Made by a program: the position numbers and the translations under genes. The notes under the pieces were generated by a model. That model did no database searches. It saw only the letters and a program-made list of their open reading frames with translations, and was not told where the DNA came from. A stretch of 42,815 nucleotides of DNA from Octopus bimaculoides (Eukaryota): the NCBI RefSeq assembly GCF_001194135.2, contig NC_068983.1, forward strand, positions 101,820,019 to 101,862,833, given 5' to 3'. Below are positions 38,122 through 42,815 of this stretch, one piece after another; position 1 is the stretch's first letter; each line of letters starts with the position of its first letter.

Positions 38122-38328
38122 GTAAGCGTGAGTTTTTCTTTATTTCATTTACACCTCATAAACTTAATAATTTTTAGCCATCATATTTGTTCACACGTGT
38201 TTGCATGCACACATGCACACACACACACTATTTTCTGCATGATTATTTTTACTTTATATTTAGTTGTACATATATGTAATTCAACCCTAATTGTTTTCTA
38301 CTCTACATTTTTTTTCTTTATTCTACAG

Positions 38329-40373
38329 GAGGCCAGTTTGCTTACCAATCTTTAAATCTTGGGCGCCACTTTAATTATTCAAAACTGAAAGATGATTCAG
38401 TCAAACTAAATTCACCAGTGAAAGAAGCAACACAATCATCTGTCAAGCCAGTGCCATTACCATCTACGCCAAATTTTAAATCAAAAACAACATCTCATCT
38501 TCCAAAACAACAGGCTGAAACAGACGAAAAACCTTTAATTGATTTGGAAAATGAATGTGAATCTTTAAAAACCCCACTTCCTTGCCGAGCCTCTCAAAAT
38601 TCTTTATCCCTTTTTGATTCATTACTGACTCGGGATAATGCCAATGACTCTGTTGAGGGCCACTTGCCCAGAGCACTGCTAGATGTTAATAAATCAACAG
38701 ATCCATTTGAACTGGATTCAAACTTGAAAAAATATGTCAAAAGTAGCTCTCTCACATCACAAGGATTTTCAAATTTTAACTTTGAATCCCATGAAGATAT
38801 ATCTCCGGCTTTAGTTTCCTGTCCTTCTACCTCTACAAATGTAACTACTGTGAATAACAAACCCAAAATTCCAAATCAAACTCCATGTTTTTCTAACATT
38901 CAATCAAAAAATTCAACCAGACAAGCATCCTTCATTCCTTCTTCTTATTCATTATACTATTCTTTGCCTCCATGTGAAGAACAAATCAACCATGTATCCC
39001 CGAAAAAGTCAGGATCCAGCCTTCAAGATGCTCAAGCAACATCAGTGTATCATGGAATGTCAGCTGGAGAACCTTGCAATAATGCTTTATATGGAAATGT
39101 CAGCCCCACTTCCCCCAAGAGTAGTGAGCAGTCCGTAAAAACTAATAAAGCATTTGATTGGTTAAATGATGCACTGAGTGACCTATCAGTAAGTAGATCA
39201 GATAAGAATAATAGAGTTCTTCATAATTCAGGTGTACCACCATTGTATGATGAAGTGCCACAAGAACAACCTCCACCGCCACCTGTGATTAATAAACTTG
39301 CTGCAAGTTCCCATGGTAATCCATTCCCATTATATGATGAAGTCCCCAGAGAAGAGGTGAGAAAAGACACCTCTAGTTCAATTTATGGCAACTGTCCTCC
39401 AGTCAACAGTGAAAGGTTTGAAGCTGTACAAAAGGTAGAACTAACTCAGTCTATGGAGGAGGAAAATACGTGGTCGTCGGATTCATTTGATTCTTTTGAT
39501 TCTGATGAGGAGTTTGAAAATGAAGTACCCAGAGTTGAACCACCACCCCCTCTACCCCGTCGGGATTATGACAATGATGGGGAGGAGGGTTGTCATAGAC
39601 CTTCAGGCTGTGAACGTAATCAACACACTGTAAGCCTTCCTCAGAAGGCTTGCATCTATCCTGTGAAACAGGATGGCAAACAACTGAGCCACACACACTA
39701 TTTTCTAATTCCCCCACGACAGACTGATACAAAGCCCACGCAATGTAATACTGCTGAAGTCAAACCATTTGCTGTTGGTGGTCTTCAAGTTGACTCAATG
39801 TCTTCCTCTGACAAAGAAGACCACTCTTTACAATACCAAAATATCACAGCTACCAGCACACCAACTTGCTCCACATTGACTGTGTCTTCATCTCAGCAGC
39901 ATGGAGCATCATCTTCATCTACAACCTCTAGCCCATCCTCATATATTACTCTTGAGCAAAAATCAATGTCTGCTCCAAGCCACCTTCCAAAATTGAAACA
40001 GAACAGTAACAGCACAAAATACCAGTCTCACTCTAAAGTCAGCTCAATACAAAAACATTCCTCTTCTCTTCACCAATCTTCCTCTCCCAAACAAACTTTT
40101 GGAATGTCTTCTCCTCAGGAGAAAGTCTACCAAGTTCAGAATAAAGTGTTGGGAGTTACTGATGAGGAATGTCATGCAGCACTCTGTAAATGCCAGTGGG
40201 ATGTTGATGGTGCCATTCGGTATCTGAAAGTAGAACAGCTTTTCCGACTGGGTCTTACATCTCGTGAACAGTGTGAGAGCCTATTAAAGAGTATGCAGTG
40301 GGATCTTGAGAAAGCAAGCTCTTTACTTTGGGTAGGATATAAACATAAAATTCAGTGTGAGTCAAATGTATAA
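38329..40373 (+). CDS. TNK2: ACK terminal exon K (2045 nt): disordered Pro/Ser-rich region, clathrin box, YDEV x2, Mig6-homology motif, UBA, stop TAA
   Basis: Polypyrimidine tract plus ctacag|, phase 1. The frame is open from 38331 into the 651-aa ORF 38418-40373. CIYPVKQDGKQLSHTHYFLIP resembles ACK1/Mig6 [21 protein letters not shown]. The C-terminus ECHAALCKCQWDVDGAIRYLKVEQLFRLGL...QWDLEKA resembles the ACK1 UBA. Confidence 0.94.
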
Positions 40374-41397
40374 GCTATGTTTTAGGTTATGAAAGGAATG
40401 GAAATCTACTTGAGCTCACACATCTCTTCACCATGGAAGTTCTTTCGTTCTCTTCCTTTGGCCTGACAGAAATTCAAGCAGTGTATTTTTGCCATATGTA
40501 TTTTACATGCACATTTACATATTTGCATACATAACTATATAAACATATGCGTTCATATATGTTTCACACTATCAGAAACATGAGCTACTGTATGCAAGTA
40601 CTTGTATGCATTGATGTACACATCAAAGCATGTATTTTTATGTGCAGCTCGTCAGCTATGCTAATGAAACAACACACTGTTAGCAAGAAAGACAAGTTTT
40701 GGAAACCTCTAACTTATTCGCTTGTCTTTGAAAGAATAACTCTCCTATTTTTGGAAAGAATCTAGTATCCTATTTGGAATACCTTTACCATAATTATTTT
40801 GACACCCTTCATACATGATAATTGTAGGATGTGAAAGTAGAGATTGAGGATTTGAATTAAATGAATCAGTTTGGTGTTTCTGCATCACTTCACTCTCATC
40901 TCATTGGTTGATGTCAGAATAATAAGTAAATTTGCAAACTGGAATCAAACCTTATTCCTCTGTTTTGCAGTCCATATATTACCATTTAGCTTACATAGCC
41001 GTCCCTTTGATAAAGATCATAAATTTTTTTTTTCTTGCAGTCTATTTTCTAAAGTATATTCACACAACACCACATACACAAATATCAGTGCAGTTCTTTG
41101 CTTTTCTATTAGAATGGAATATATTATTTAGAATAGGTTACTGAGTTGTGCAGAATCAGAGACTGATCTAAGTTTTGACCTCTAGATGCATTGTGTCCAC
41201 TTTTGAAAATAAGCAGTATTTTGTCCTTAACATTTTGTCAAATAGAAATGTAATGCAAGGCATATAACACAAATGACTTTACCTTTAATAAGCATTTGTT
41301 TCTGTTAATGGCCATGATCGTAATGACTTATAGAAACAAATGCTTATTTAGGTTACTCAACTTCCTTGTATAAAATATGTATATGTATATATATATA

Positions 41398-41441
<44 letters not shown>

Positions 41442-42242
41442 AAGAATATTGTGTGTGGGCATTAAGGGGCTATTTCTTATGAAACTGAAGCAAATGGGAG
41501 ACCATAGCATTATTCCCCATACTCTAGTTAGAGCCTATGATTAAGGTAACTAGAAATATTTTAGACATATTAGAAAAAATACCCAACAGACAATGTGCTA
41601 CTGTTAAGGATAGAAAGCTTGTATGTTGTTTATTGTTGATAGTAGCCATATATAAATGTATTAACCTGACCAAAATTGATTTTATGTGTGTCTGTGTGTA
41701 TGTATGTGTGTGTAAGTTTGTGTATGAATGTATATATTTACACATAGACACACAAACACATCTATTTATAGTTAGTTTTTTTTCCGTATGCATACACACA
41801 CATCCACTTGTGTGTGAATGTGTGTTCAGTTTATTTATCTTTTAAGAATCTCAGTCCCCTTTACAAAAAAAAAGCTGAAAACTGTAAATTTCTGGGAAGT
41901 TCATCACAAACCTTAACTTAGTAATCTGAGATGTGAATTGTCCAATCCCTATTCTTTCTTTTCCTACCGCCCAGCCGCAGTCTCCAGCTGGAGAGGAAGA
42001 TATTTCAGATAAATTGTACAATAACAAGAATAATAAATGATAATATTAATAATAATAACAGCGACAATAAAATTGTATGTAGAAAAGTTTTTTAAAGATT
42101 TTCTTTCCTATATTTGGTATGAGACAAAATGTTCGTAATATAATTTCATACAAAATCTACCATTGATGTATTTTGATTGTGAATGTTTATTGTTTATGAT
42201 TTTTTAAAATTATTCATATATATATTTATGTCATTTATCATA

Positions 42243-42440
42243 TACTTGTTTCAGTCATTGGACTGCATTCATGCTGGGGCACTGCCTTGAAGGGTTTAGT
42301 CAAACAAATTGACCCCAGTACTTTTCTTTTAAGCTTGATACTTATTCTGTTGATCTCTTGTACCAAACAGCTAAGTTACAGGGTACTTAAACCAACACCA
42401 GTTGCCAACAAGTGGTGTGGGACAGACACACATGCTCACA
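42243..42440 (-). mobile_element. SINE family C 3' half
   Basis: TACTTGTTTCAGTCATT...GCTGGGGCAC...GACCCCAG...GCTAAGTTAC is the reverse complement of the family C tail. Confidence 0.8.
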
Positions 42441-42480
42441 CACACACATCTGTGTGGTGTGTGTATATATATTTCGACTT

Positions 42481-42815
42481 GAGGTATTTTGTGTCGCAAG
42501 ACAGTGTAGGAGAGAGAATAGTGATGTAGTAGGAGAGAAATGTGTTCGCATGGATGATGGTACGCTTGCTCTAAATGAGGCTGCAAAGAAAGAGGTCTGG
42601 AGAAGCCACTACAATAGATTGCTTAATAAAGAGAATGAATGGGAGAAAGAGGGTCTGCCGTATGTCGACCCAACAGAGGGACCAGCTATCTGAGTTGACA
42701 GTACCATGGTAGATAAAACAATTAAGAGTATGAAGACAGGAAAAGCCCCCAGCCCATCAGGAATCACTGCAGAGATGCTCAAAATATCTGGCAGTGTCGG
42801 CTATAGCCTAGTCAC
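42481..42815 (+). mobile_element. RTE-clade LINE ORF2 fragment (EN-RT linker and start of RT), running off the window
   Basis: EVFCVARQ...WRSHYNRLLNKENEW...AI*VDS...MKTGKAPSPSGITAEMLK. One in-frame TGA at 42691-42693 and no frameshift in this stretch. Confidence 0.85.

Noticed and set aside
38476-39732. Minus-strand ORFs overlapping exon K
   Set aside because: Short antisense shadows of the ACK coding exon, with no independent features.
42032-42037. AATAAA as the ACK polyadenylation signal
   Set aside because: It sits in an (AAT)n-like tract 1.66 kb past the stop; it cannot be distinguished from background without 3'-end data.

Overview
AT-rich eukaryotic (animal) genomic scaffold with three N gaps (2146-2290, 15026-15524, 26956-27035), many (TA)n/(TG)n microsatellites and dense SINE/LINE/MITE relics. 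The repeat families look like those of Octopus; this species call is inference. The only protein-coding gene I can support is a + strand ACK1/TNK2-family non-receptor tyrosine kinase. I assembled 11 GT-AG exons by hand between 17604 and 40373. All splice phases are compatible, giving 3303 nt = 1100 aa + stop (1102 aa with an alternative donor). Domain order: kinase, SH3, CRIB, long disordered region with clathrin box, PPxY/YDEV motifs and Mig6-homology motif, then UBA. The N-terminal SAM-domain exon(s) were not found. Most short ORFs in the track are microsatellite, gap or repeat artefacts. No prokaryotic system, CRISPR array, rRNA or true tRNA gene is evident. The most unusual non-coding signals are two local same-orientation copies about 1.4-1.5 kb downstream of their apparent donors, each flanked by a short direct repeat. 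Others are a perfect 21-bp intronic hairpin and an antisense 15-bp repeat that reads like a decayed (D/E)DNRR coding repeat. The most notable protein-level signals are a C-terminal ESNV PDZ-type motif, tandem YDEV motifs, Cys before DFG and in-frame tandem splice donors.
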